A stretch of 24,000 bases of DNA from Bacteroidales bacterium. GTDB taxonomy: Bacteria > Bacteroidota > Bacteroidia > Bacteroidales > B18-G4. Made by a program: the position numbers and the translations under genes. The stretch is from NCBI GenBank assembly GCA_030618905.1, contig JAUXCL010000001.1, forward strand, positions 2,513-26,512, given 5' to 3'. The notes under the pieces are model-generated. The model saw only the letters and a program-made list of their open reading frames with translations, was not told the DNA's origin and ran no database searches. Below are positions 1 through 7,153 of this stretch, one piece after another. Every line of letters begins with the position of its first letter. The first letter of the stretch is position 1.

Positions 1-68
1 ATATCTTCCTGGCAGATGGCTGTGAAAGCCATGCCAATTACCATAATAAAGAGCACAATTCTTTTCAT
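1..68 (-). CDS. Secreted/exported protein, 5' fragment only (signal peptide; gene runs off the window)
   Basis: Absent from the ORF track because it is truncated. The reverse complement of 1-68 reads ATG AAA AGA ATT GTG CTC TTT ATT ATG GTA ATT GGC ATG GCT TTC ACA GCC ATC TGC CAG GAA GAT = MKRIVLFIMVIGMAFTAICQED. This has a basic n-region, a hydrophobic core and small residues followed by Gln. The ATG at 68 lies 28 nt downstream of the stop of the 97-378 ORF on the same strand. Confidence 0.45.
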   Translation of the reverse strand, partial: MKRIVLFIMVIGMAFTAICQED

Positions 69-96
69 AAAGCAGTGTGGTTTTGGGGTTTATAAT

Positions 97-378
97 TTAA
101 TGGGATTTGTTCGCAAAGAGCGGAGATTTTTTTCGGAACATGAGGGGAATATTATTTTTAGTTGGAGCCCCAATTTCTACCAGCTCCCAATTCTTGTCGT
201 ATTCATCGATTTTATGCCTGATGACAGTAACTTTATCTACAGGTGGGCCCTCAATACCCTCCCAATCGATTAATTCTACCCTGTATTGCAGCGTCTTTTT
301 TCTGCCATTGATGCGAACCTCGATTTCAATATTCTGCTCAACCTCAATGTCAGGGATTAATATTACAACTTCTTTCAT
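97..378 (-). CDS. Hypothetical 93-aa protein (no family recognised)
   Basis: The track ORF 97..543 overlaps the HlyD C-terminus. The internal ATG at 378 (MKEVVILIPDIEVEQNIEIEV...) starts 25 nt after the HlyD stop at 404 without overlap. The sequence looks globular and charged/beta-rich, not low complexity, and has no signal peptide or TM segment. Confidence 0.55.
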   Translation of the reverse strand: MKEVVILIPDIEVEQNIEIEVRINGRKKTLQYRVELIDWEGIEGPPVDKVTVIRHKIDEYDKNWELVEIGAPTKNNIPLMFRKKSPLFANKSH

Positions 379-403
379 TTTAATATTTTTTTTTAGACTT
401 TGT

Positions 404-1654
404 TTATTTGAATACCAATTTATCTTTGCTTCCGAAGGAGTCATAAGAAGAAATGATGACCTTTTCTCCGGGCTCCAAACCGGCAGTGATTTCATAATAC
501 CGTGTATTATACCTTCCAATATTGATATCTCTCTTAACAGCAAAGGTTTCTGAAGGGTCTACAACGTAAATCCAGTTTCCACCTGTCTCCTGGAAGAAGC
601 CCCCCCGCTTGACGATGATTGCGTCTTTCGGGCTGCTGAATATTAACCTGAGCTGAATAGTCTGTCCACGTTTGATGCTTACAGGGGAATCCCCTATGAA
701 TAACAGATCAACCTGAAATGTCCCATTTGTGACATCAGTATATATTTTGTGGATCCTTAAATGATAAGCCTTGTTATTAAAATCAAATTCAGCCTCCTGG
801 TCGCGGTGAACTCTTGAAATATATCGCTCATCTATCTTGGCCCTGAGCTTAAACCCGTCTGCCATATCGATCTGACCCAGATGCTCACCTCCATGTTTGG
901 TTTCTCCTATTTCGGCACTGAATGATGACAGTTTCCCGTCGGCCGGTGCTGTGATGGAAAGGTTTTGCATATTGCGCCTGAGCAGACCCAGGTTATTATG
1001 AATACGGCTAATAGATGAGTTGATTTGCCGGAGTTGGCTGAGGGAGTAAATAGAATCCAGGCGCTGCAACTCCAATGCCAGGTTGAGCTGCCTTTTCAGG
1101 CTTTTAAACCGCCTTGTCGCATCTTCAAAATCCTTGATAGAAATAACCTCTTCATCATACAGTTGTTGCTTCCTGTCGAAATCCTGCCTGGCTTCATCAA
1201 TCCTGTATGATAGATCAGCAATCTCCCTTTGCCTGTTGAACTTATTCTGCTCCAACCTGATCTTGGTGTTCTGCAAATTATTGATGGCATCATACATCCT
1301 GGTTTCCTGTTCCATGAAGCTCAATTCCATATTGGCATTCATCAATTTCAATATGGGATCACCTTTCTTAAGAATAGCACCATCCTCTACATAAACCTCC
1401 TCAACCACCCCGCCCTGAACGGCGTCAATGAAAATGGTTGTTTTGGGAAAAACAACCCCATCTACAGGGATGAACTCCTGGAACTTATCAGCCATTACCT
1501 CAGCAATTGTAATCTGCTCCTTGTTGACATACAATTTGCTTCTTTTGTCTCTGAAAAACAACATATACAGGAGTAAAACGACAAAAAGACCAATAACAGT
1601 CAATGTAAGAATACGCCTGGTCGTCCACCTCTTTTTTTCAATTATCCTATCCAT
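404..1654 (-). CDS. HlyD-family membrane-fusion / periplasmic adaptor protein of an efflux or ABC export system
   Basis: 416 aa. It has an N-terminal single TM segment (ILTLTVIGLFVVLLLYMLFF) and a lipoyl-like hairpin motif (VVEEVYVEDGAILKKGDPILKL). A long coiled-coil follows (QNTKIRLEQNKFNRQREIADLSYRIDEARQDFDRKQQLY...KSLKRQLNLALELQRL), then a beta-rich C-terminal half. This is the standard MFP architecture. Confidence 0.85.
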   Translation of the reverse strand: MDRIIEKKRWTTRRILTLTVIGLFVVLLLYMLFFRDKRSKLYVNKEQITIAEVMADKFQEFIPVDGVVFPKTTIFIDAVQGGVVEEVYVEDGAILKKGDPILKLMNANMELSFMEQETRMYDAINNLQNTKIRLEQNKFNRQREIADLSYRIDEARQDFDRKQQLYDEEVISIKDFEDATRRFKSLKRQLNLALELQRLDSIYSLSQLRQINSSISRIHNNLGLLRRNMQNLSITAPADGKLSSFSAEIGETKHGGEHLGQIDMADGFKLRAKIDERYISRVHRDQEAEFDFNNKAYHLRIHKIYTDVTNGTFQVDLLFIGDSPVSIKRGQTIQLRLIFSSPKDAIIVKRGGFFQETGGNWIYVVDPSETFAVKRDINIGRYNTRYYEITAGLEPGEKVIISSYDSFGSKDKLVFK

Positions 1655-1682
1655 CTGATTCTTTTTGGTTTGATTATCTCTA

Positions 1683-1698
1683 AACTAATTTTGTGCCA
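1683..1698 (-). promoter_or_regulatory. Candidate sigma-54 (-24/-12) promoter for the HlyD operon
   Basis: The minus strand reads TGGCAC-AAAAT-TAGTT (1698 down to 1683). The -24 hexamer TGGCAC is perfect. The -12 element at the correct N5 spacing is degenerate (TAGTT versus TTGCW). It sits about 29-44 nt upstream of the HlyD ATG (1654), and a sigma-54 activator gene lies divergently next door. Confidence 0.3.
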
Positions 1699-1779
1699 TT
1701 AATTATTTGTGGCTGATAGCCAATGCGGTAAAGCCTTGTTTGAAACCTGTACCCTGAGCCATTTGTTCAATATCGAGCA

Positions 1780-1787
1780 TAAGTTTG
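1780..1787 (+). promoter_or_regulatory. Candidate Bacteroidota -7 promoter box (TAnnTTTG) for the regulator-kinase-cyclase operon
   Basis: TAAGTTTG at 1780-1787 matches TAnnTTTG exactly, 78 nt upstream of the ATG at 1865. No well-spaced -33 TTTG was seen. Confidence 0.35.
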
Positions 1788-1864
1788 TACAATTACGAAC
1801 AGAATCCTTAACTTTACGGATTCATCCGTCAATTAAGTTGTTGAATATTGAAAATGAAAGTCAT

Positions 1865-3244
1865 ATGGACAAGGTAGATGCTAAGCTTTTAATTGTTGAT
1901 GACGATAAAGATGTATTGCTGGCAGCAAAATTATTTCTCAAGCAACACATAAAGATAGTACATACTGAGGAAAAGCCTGAAAATATTCCGGATTTGATCA
2001 GAAACGAAAAATACGACTTGATCTTACTGGATATGAACTTTTCCAGGGATGCTACCAGTGGTAAAGAAGGGTTCCATTGGCTTAATAAGATCCTCGAGAT
2101 CAACCCTGCCACAGTTGTGATCCTGATTACGGGCTATGGCGATATTGAATTGGCGGTACAGGGCATCAAAGAAGGTGCCACTAATTTTCTCCTGAAGCCA
2201 TGGGAGAATAAAAAGTTGCTGGCCACGATAACCACCTCCCTGCAACTGAAAAGGTCGAAAGTGGAATTGAGTGATTTAAAGTCCAAACAGCAGCATCAAA
2301 CAAAAGATGGGGGAACAGACACCCGTGTATTGATAGGCCAGTCACTGGCCATGGAAAAGGTCATGGGAACAGTTGAAAAAGTAGCTGTTACGGAAGCTAA
2401 TGTATTGATCCTGGGAGAAAATGGTACAGGAAAGGAATTGATTGCCTGCGCCATTCATGATGCTTCGAAGCGGCAGGATGAGGTTTTTGTCAGTGTCGAC
2501 CTCGGTGCCATCACGGAAACATTGTTTGAAAGCGAGCTCTTTGGCTTTAAGAAAGGTGCTTTCACCGATGCCAAAGAAGACCGTGCCGGAAGGTTTGAAG
2601 CCTCCAATAAAGGAACTATTTTTCTTGATGAAATCGGGAACCTCTCCCTGGGCCTGCAAGCCAAATTGCTCAGCGTCCTTCAGAACCGTACCGTCGTGCG
2701 CCTTGGAACCAATAAACCAATACCCATAGATGTACGCTTGATCTGTGCAACCAATATGCCTTTATACCAGATGGTGAACGAAAACAAGTTCCGCCAGGAC
2801 CTGCTGTACAGAATCAATACTGTTGAAGTTATTATTCCACCGCTCAGGGAACGGATCGAAGACCTGCCATTGCTGGTGGATCATTTCCTCAATATTTATT
2901 GCCAGAAATACAAGATGCCTGTTAAACGCGTAAATACATCTACATTCAGGAGGCTGGAAAAGCATACCTGGCCCGGTAATATCAGGGAGTTGCAACATGC
3001 CGTGGAACGCGCAGTGATCATGAGTGAATCAAATATTCTTGAACCGGATGACTTTTTCCTTTCAAAAGTTGAAGGCGATCGCCCGGATGCCGTGCACACA
3101 TCCAATATGAATCTTGAAGAAACGGAAAAAATGCTGATCCGGAAGGTGATAGATAAGCATGGTGGAAATATTAGCAAGGCTGCTAAAGAACTGGGCCTGA
3201 CCAGGGCATCATTATACAGAAGAATTGAAAAGTATGGTCTTTAA
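1865..3244 (+). CDS. Sigma-54-dependent response regulator (NtrC family: receiver + AAA+ + Fis-type HTH)
   Basis: The receiver domain shows KLLIVDDDKDV...DLILLDMNF...LLKPW. The AAA+ sigma-54 interaction domain has Walker A GENGTGKE, ESELFG..GAFTDA, Walker B FLDEIGNL, and RQDLLYRIN / PPLRER. The C-terminal HTH is ISKAAKELGLTRASLYRRIEKYG. The track start at 1709 is a GTG with 52 non-homologous residues, so I prefer ATG 1865 (MDKVDAKLLIVDDD). Confidence 0.9.
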   Translation: MDKVDAKLLIVDDDKDVLLAAKLFLKQHIKIVHTEEKPENIPDLIRNEKYDLILLDMNFSRDATSGKEGFHWLNKILEINPATVVILITGYGDIELAVQGIKEGATNFLLKPWENKKLLATITTSLQLKRSKVELSDLKSKQQHQTKDGGTDTRVLIGQSLAMEKVMGTVEKVAVTEANVLILGENGTGKELIACAIHDASKRQDEVFVSVDLGAITETLFESELFGFKKGAFTDAKEDRAGRFEASNKGTIFLDEIGNLSLGLQAKLLSVLQNRTVVRLGTNKPIPIDVRLICATNMPLYQMVNENKFRQDLLYRINTVEVIIPPLRERIEDLPLLVDHFLNIYCQKYKMPVKRVNTSTFRRLEKHTWPGNIRELQHAVERAVIMSESNILEPDDFFLSKVEGDRPDAVHTSNMNLEETEKMLIRKVIDKHGGNISKAAKELGLTRASLYRRIEKYGL

Positions 3245-4589
3245 ACGATTTCGTTTTCAAGTCATCCTCAGAATTGTGCTGCTGACAGGTACCATCATTG
3301 CCTTGCTTTATGTTTATGACAAAACATCCTATAACATCAGCCTGTTCATCCTGTTGGCCATTGCCTTGCTGCAGGTTGTCCTGCTGATCAGGTATGTGGA
3401 GAAGACCAACACCAAACTTAACCAATTCCTGCAAAGTATCAAGCATTCCGATTTTTCAATTTCCTTTTCAGATGCAGGGCTGGGTAAAAGCTTTGAAGGA
3501 CTGACCAGGTCATTCACCGAAGTCATCGAAGAATTTAAAAAGAACAGGGCGGAAAAAGAAGAACATTTCAATTACCTGCAAACGATCATTCAGCATGTAA
3601 CCATTGGAATTATTGCCTTCCGTAAGGATGGGAAAGTGGATATTTTCAATAATGCCATCAAAAAACAACTTAAGATCAAGAACCTGAGAAATATCCGGGA
3701 ACTTTCTGTACTCAAGGAGGATCTTCCAAAGGTATTGCTTAACCTGAGGGCAGGCGATCGCACATTGTATAAGCTGTTCATTGAGGATGAGTTATTGCAT
3801 TTATCCATTTATACAACAGAGTTTCGGATGCGGGGCGAGGATTATACCCTCATATCACTGCAGGATATTAGTACTGAGCTTGATGAAAAGGAAATAGAAT
3901 CCTGGCAGAAGCTGATCCGCGTGTTGACGCATGAAATCACAAATTCCATTACTCCAATATCATCCCTGGCATCAACAGTAAAAGATATGATTATTGATGA
4001 GGATGATGGGATCGTGAAAATGAGCGATATCTCGGATGAAGATGTTGATAGTATTCGAGGGGCTATAGCAACGATACAAAGCAGAAGTCAGGGATTGTTG
4101 AATTTTGTGGAGATATACAGAAACCTGACGCGAATCCCCAAGCCTAACTTTCGCTACTTCCCGGTTAAAGAGGTTTTTGATCGTTCCAGGCAGTTGTTGA
4201 AACCGAAAATGGATGAATTGGGCATTGAGTGCAATAGCCGGGTCTTTCCACCGGATTTGATGATCACTGCCGATCCGGATCTTATTGACCAGATGGTGAT
4301 CAACCTGATGCTAAATGCTATTGATGCCGTTCGGGAAACAGACAATCCTGAGATTTCAGTACTGGCTACCATTAATAATAACAACAGGATCGTTTTTGAT
4401 TTCAAAGATAATGGTTGTGGCATCAAACCGGATATCCTGGACAAGATCTTCATGCCATTCTTTACTTCCAAGAGGAATGGCTCCGGTATCGGACTAAGCC
4501 TTTCCAGACAGATTATGCATTTGCACAAAGGATCAATTTCCGTTAAATCTAAACCCTCTGAAGGGACTGTGTTTACATTAACTTTTTAA
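3234..4589 (+). CDS. Sensor histidine kinase (NtrY-like: 2 TM, linker/PAS-like region, HisKA, HATPase_c)
   Basis: Two adjacent TM helices are joined by only a ~5-residue outer loop. The H-box is LIRVLTHEITNSITPI, the N-box is MVINLMLNAIDA, and the G-boxes are DNGCGI and GSGIGLSLSRQIM. ATG 3234 overlaps the regulator stop (ATGGTCTTTAA, 11-nt overlap); the track start at 3225 is a TTG. Confidence 0.85.
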   Translation: MVFKRFRFQVILRIVLLTGTIIALLYVYDKTSYNISLFILLAIALLQVVLLIRYVEKTNTKLNQFLQSIKHSDFSISFSDAGLGKSFEGLTRSFTEVIEEFKKNRAEKEEHFNYLQTIIQHVTIGIIAFRKDGKVDIFNNAIKKQLKIKNLRNIRELSVLKEDLPKVLLNLRAGDRTLYKLFIEDELLHLSIYTTEFRMRGEDYTLISLQDISTELDEKEIESWQKLIRVLTHEITNSITPISSLASTVKDMIIDEDDGIVKMSDISDEDVDSIRGAIATIQSRSQGLLNFVEIYRNLTRIPKPNFRYFPVKEVFDRSRQLLKPKMDELGIECNSRVFPPDLMITADPDLIDQMVINLMLNAIDAVRETDNPEISVLATINNNNRIVFDFKDNGCGIKPDILDKIFMPFFTSKRNGSGIGLSLSRQIMHLHKGSISVKSKPSEGTVFTLTF

Positions 4590-4591
4590 CT

Positions 4592-5599
4592 ATGTCGGGT
4601 GGATTTAATAAGACACTACAGTTTATAGTGCTAATTGTTATCTCAGTTGCCTGCCAGGAAACAGGTAAGCCTTCTTCTCAGAAAGAAACTGAAGCGGCGA
4701 AGCAAAAAGAAATAGTAATTCCCGGCTTCAATGCTGATTCTGCATACCTGTTTGTTGAGAAGCAGCTGAGTTTCGGTCCGAGGGTCCCAAATACCAAAGC
4801 GCATTCCGCCTGTGCTGCTTACCTTGAAAAGACCTTAAATCGCTTCCATGCTGAAGTTATAGTACAGGATTTCAAAACCCGTGCATATAACGGCAAAGTG
4901 CTGAACGCCAAGAATATCATTGCGTCTTTTGAGCCGGAAAAGAAAAGTCGTGTGATATTATGTGCCCATTGGGATTCCAGGCCGTATGCTGACCAGGACC
5001 CGGATGCTGACAATCACAGAAAACCCATCCTTGGGGCTAATGATGGAGCCAGCGGAGTTGGTGTGTTGCTGGAGATTGCCAGGCAATTGAAAAACTACAA
5101 GCCAAGGGTGGGCATTGATATCATCCTGTTCGACGCTGAAGATTATGGGCCTCCAACAGATACCCAGCAGCAGGATGAAACAGACTATTGGGGGCTGGGA
5201 TCACAATACTGGGCGAGAAATACTCACCGCATAAATTACCGTGCTAACTATGCCATTCTTCTGGATATGGTTGGAGTTCCCAATCCAAGCTTTTTAATGG
5301 AAGGCTTCTCCATGCACTTTGCCCCTGATAAGGTGAAAAAAGTATGGGATGTGGCTGAAGAAATAGGGTATGGGGATTACTTCCTGAGAGAAATTGGGGG
5401 ATACATCACCGATGACCATTATTATATTAACCAGTATCGTAAAATTCCTGCCATTAACATCATTCATCTTGACCCGGAATCTGTTAATGGAAGCTTTTTC
5501 CAACACTGGCATACCCTTGGGGATGACCTGGGATCAATTGACAGAGAATCCTTACTTATCGTAGGGAATACGGTGTTGGCCGTGATTTTCAGGGAATAA
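4592..5599 (+). CDS. Glutaminyl-peptide cyclotransferase (M28 zinc-peptidase fold), predicted lipoprotein
   Basis: M28/QC metal-site motifs are present: CAHWDSRPYAD, GANDGASGVGVLLEIAR, ILFDAEDYG and ITDDH. The N-terminus has a signal sequence ending in the lipobox-like ISVAC-Q. The ATG is 2 nt after the kinase stop. QC versus generic M28 aminopeptidase cannot be fully separated by eye. Confidence 0.75.
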   Translation: MSGGFNKTLQFIVLIVISVACQETGKPSSQKETEAAKQKEIVIPGFNADSAYLFVEKQLSFGPRVPNTKAHSACAAYLEKTLNRFHAEVIVQDFKTRAYNGKVLNAKNIIASFEPEKKSRVILCAHWDSRPYADQDPDADNHRKPILGANDGASGVGVLLEIARQLKNYKPRVGIDIILFDAEDYGPPTDTQQQDETDYWGLGSQYWARNTHRINYRANYAILLDMVGVPNPSFLMEGFSMHFAPDKVKKVWDVAEEIGYGDYFLREIGGYITDDHYYINQYRKIPAINIIHLDPESVNGSFFQHWHTLGDDLGSIDRESLLIVGNTVLAVIFRE

Positions 5600-5612
5600 C
5601 CCAATAGCCCCT

Positions 5613-6947
5613 TTATAAGAGCTTATTGGCCAGGTTGGCCAGCTCAGACCTTTCCCCTTTTTCTAACCTGATGTGTGCATAGATCTCATGGTGCTTGATC
5701 TTATCGATCAAATAAGATAGCCCATTACTTTGCGCATCCAGGTAAGGTGTATCGATCTGGTAAATGTCGCCGGTAAAAATAAATTTGGTGTTTTCACCTG
5801 CCCTTGTGATGATGGTTTTTACTTCATGTGGCGACAGGTTCTGGGCTTCATCTACAATAAAACAAACGTTGGATATGCTCCTTCCACGAATATAAGCCAG
5901 CGGAGTAATGACCAGTTTTTCGCTATCAACAGCATCTGTAATACGCTTGAATTCTTTGTCCTTTTCACCATACTGGTCCTGGATAAACTTCAGATTGTCC
6001 CACAGTGGTTCCATGTATGGATTTAACTTGGATTTGATGTCTCCCGGCAGATACCCAATATCTTTATTACTCAAAGGGACAATTGGCCTTGCCAGGTAAA
6101 TCTGTTTGAAGTTTCTCTTTTGATCCAGGGCTCCTGCCATGGCCAGCAGGGTCTTTCCGGTACCGGCAACACCTTGCAAGGTTACCAGCTTAACTTTGGG
6201 GTTCATGATGGCGTGCAAGGCAAATACCTGCTCTGCATTCCTTGGCATGATCCTGTAGGCCGGCATCTTTTCAACCCTTTCAATCCTTTCGAGCAGGGGA
6301 TTGTAGTAAGCCAATGCTGAAGATTTGCCATTTCGAATGATGAAATAATGGTTCGGTATGGGATCTTTAAGGCCAATATCTTCCAATAAACAGAATCCAT
6401 TGCTATAAAGGGCATCAATGATCTCTTTATCAACACCTTCGATAAGCGACTTCCCTGTGTACAAGAATTCCACATCCTTGATCTTGCCAGTCTCAAAGTC
6501 CTCTGCAGGGAGATCAAGCGATTTGGCTTTCAATCGAAGATTAATGTCTTTGGTAACCAGTGTGACTTTCTTTTCAGGGTGTTGCTGGCCCATGATCAGT
6601 GCCGCGTTCAGAATGCGGTGATCGGGCTTATCTTCTCCAAAAACATTGATCGCATCCGGTTCAGAATGCTCATTCATGATGACCTTGAAAAAGCCGCTAT
6701 TGGGCCTGTCGATCGGGATCCAGTTTTGTAAAGTGGAGTTAGCAGATAAGCGGTCCATGATCCGTATGAATTCCCTCGCTTCAAAATTCTTGGTGTCATT
6801 CCCTTTCTTGAAATTATCCAGCTCTTCCAAAACGGTAATTGGAATTACCACATCATGTTCTTCGAAACTATAAATGGAATTATGGTTATACAGGATGACA
6901 GAGGTGTCGAGTACGAAGATCTTGTTTTGTTTTTTTCTTCGGGGCAT
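5613..6947 (-). CDS. PIN-domain + PhoH-like ATPase (PhoH2/YlaK type)
   Basis: The N-terminal PIN-like domain shows FVLDTSVILYN...VVIPITVLEELD. The PhoH NTPase has Walker A GVAGTGKT and Walker B FIVDEAQN, with TGDIYQID and the C-terminal LEKGERSELA. Confidence 0.9.
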   Translation of the reverse strand: MPRRKKQNKIFVLDTSVILYNHNSIYSFEEHDVVIPITVLEELDNFKKGNDTKNFEAREFIRIMDRLSANSTLQNWIPIDRPNSGFFKVIMNEHSEPDAINVFGEDKPDHRILNAALIMGQQHPEKKVTLVTKDINLRLKAKSLDLPAEDFETGKIKDVEFLYTGKSLIEGVDKEIIDALYSNGFCLLEDIGLKDPIPNHYFIIRNGKSSALAYYNPLLERIERVEKMPAYRIMPRNAEQVFALHAIMNPKVKLVTLQGVAGTGKTLLAMAGALDQKRNFKQIYLARPIVPLSNKDIGYLPGDIKSKLNPYMEPLWDNLKFIQDQYGEKDKEFKRITDAVDSEKLVITPLAYIRGRSISNVCFIVDEAQNLSPHEVKTIITRAGENTKFIFTGDIYQIDTPYLDAQSNGLSYLIDKIKHHEIYAHIRLEKGERSELANLANKLL

Positions 6948-7085
6948 TAAATCAACTTTTTAGCAGTGAATACAGACTTTTTGATCGTTCGGTATAAAAA
7001 GAACAGGGTATAAAATTATCGAATAAAAAAGTGAAAAATTGTGTACATGTTGAATTCTTTTAAACAACAGAATGTGAAAAAAATT

Positions 7086-7111
7086 GTGACGCGTGACGTG
7101 TGACGCGTGAC
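7086..7111. repeat. Four exactly 7-nt-phased GTGAC repeats (GTGACGY x4), equal to a tandem 14-mer x2
   Basis: GTGAC occurs at 7086, 7093, 7100 and 7107 with spacers GC/GT/GC. This equals TGTGACGCGTGACG (7085-7098) followed by TGTGACGCGTGACA (7099-7112), 13/14 identical. It contains two ACGCGT palindromes. It is a GC-rich island in an AT-rich intergenic region and ends 13 nt before the polA -7 box. Confidence 0.7.
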
Positions 7112-7124
7112 AAGGGTAATTAGT

Positions 7125-7132
7125 TATCTTTG
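7125..7132 (+). promoter_or_regulatory. Candidate -7 promoter box (TAnnTTTG) for polA
   Basis: TATCTTTG is an exact match, 22 nt upstream of ATG 7154. It overlaps the TTG at 7130 used by the ORF track, which argues for the ATG 7154 start. Confidence 0.4.
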
Positions 7133-7153
7133 CTAAACATTAACAGATTGCTG

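Noticed and set aside
16-553. Plus-strand ORFs 16..273 and 107..553, and the long form (97..543) of the minus-strand ORF
   Set aside because: The plus-strand ORFs are antisense to the better-supported 93-aa gene and the HlyD 3' end, and they translate to hydrophobic, low-complexity sequence. The 97..543 start would overlap HlyD by 140 nt, so the internal ATG at 378 is preferred.
1709-1864. GTG-initiated 52-aa N-terminal extension of the response regulator
   Set aside because: The extension (MADSQCGKALFETC...) precedes the receiver domain, has no homology features, and would swallow the divergent promoter region and the TAAGTTTG -7 box. ATG 1865 gives a canonical receiver N-terminus.
5601-5629. 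Imperfect hairpin CCAATAGC...GCTTATTGG between the convergent cyclase and PIN-PhoH genes, as a possible bidirectional terminator
   Set aside because: The stem is only 6+2 bp with a bulge and a 12-nt loop, is AT-rich, has no flanking U-tract, and overlaps the PhoH coding end. This is too weak to call.
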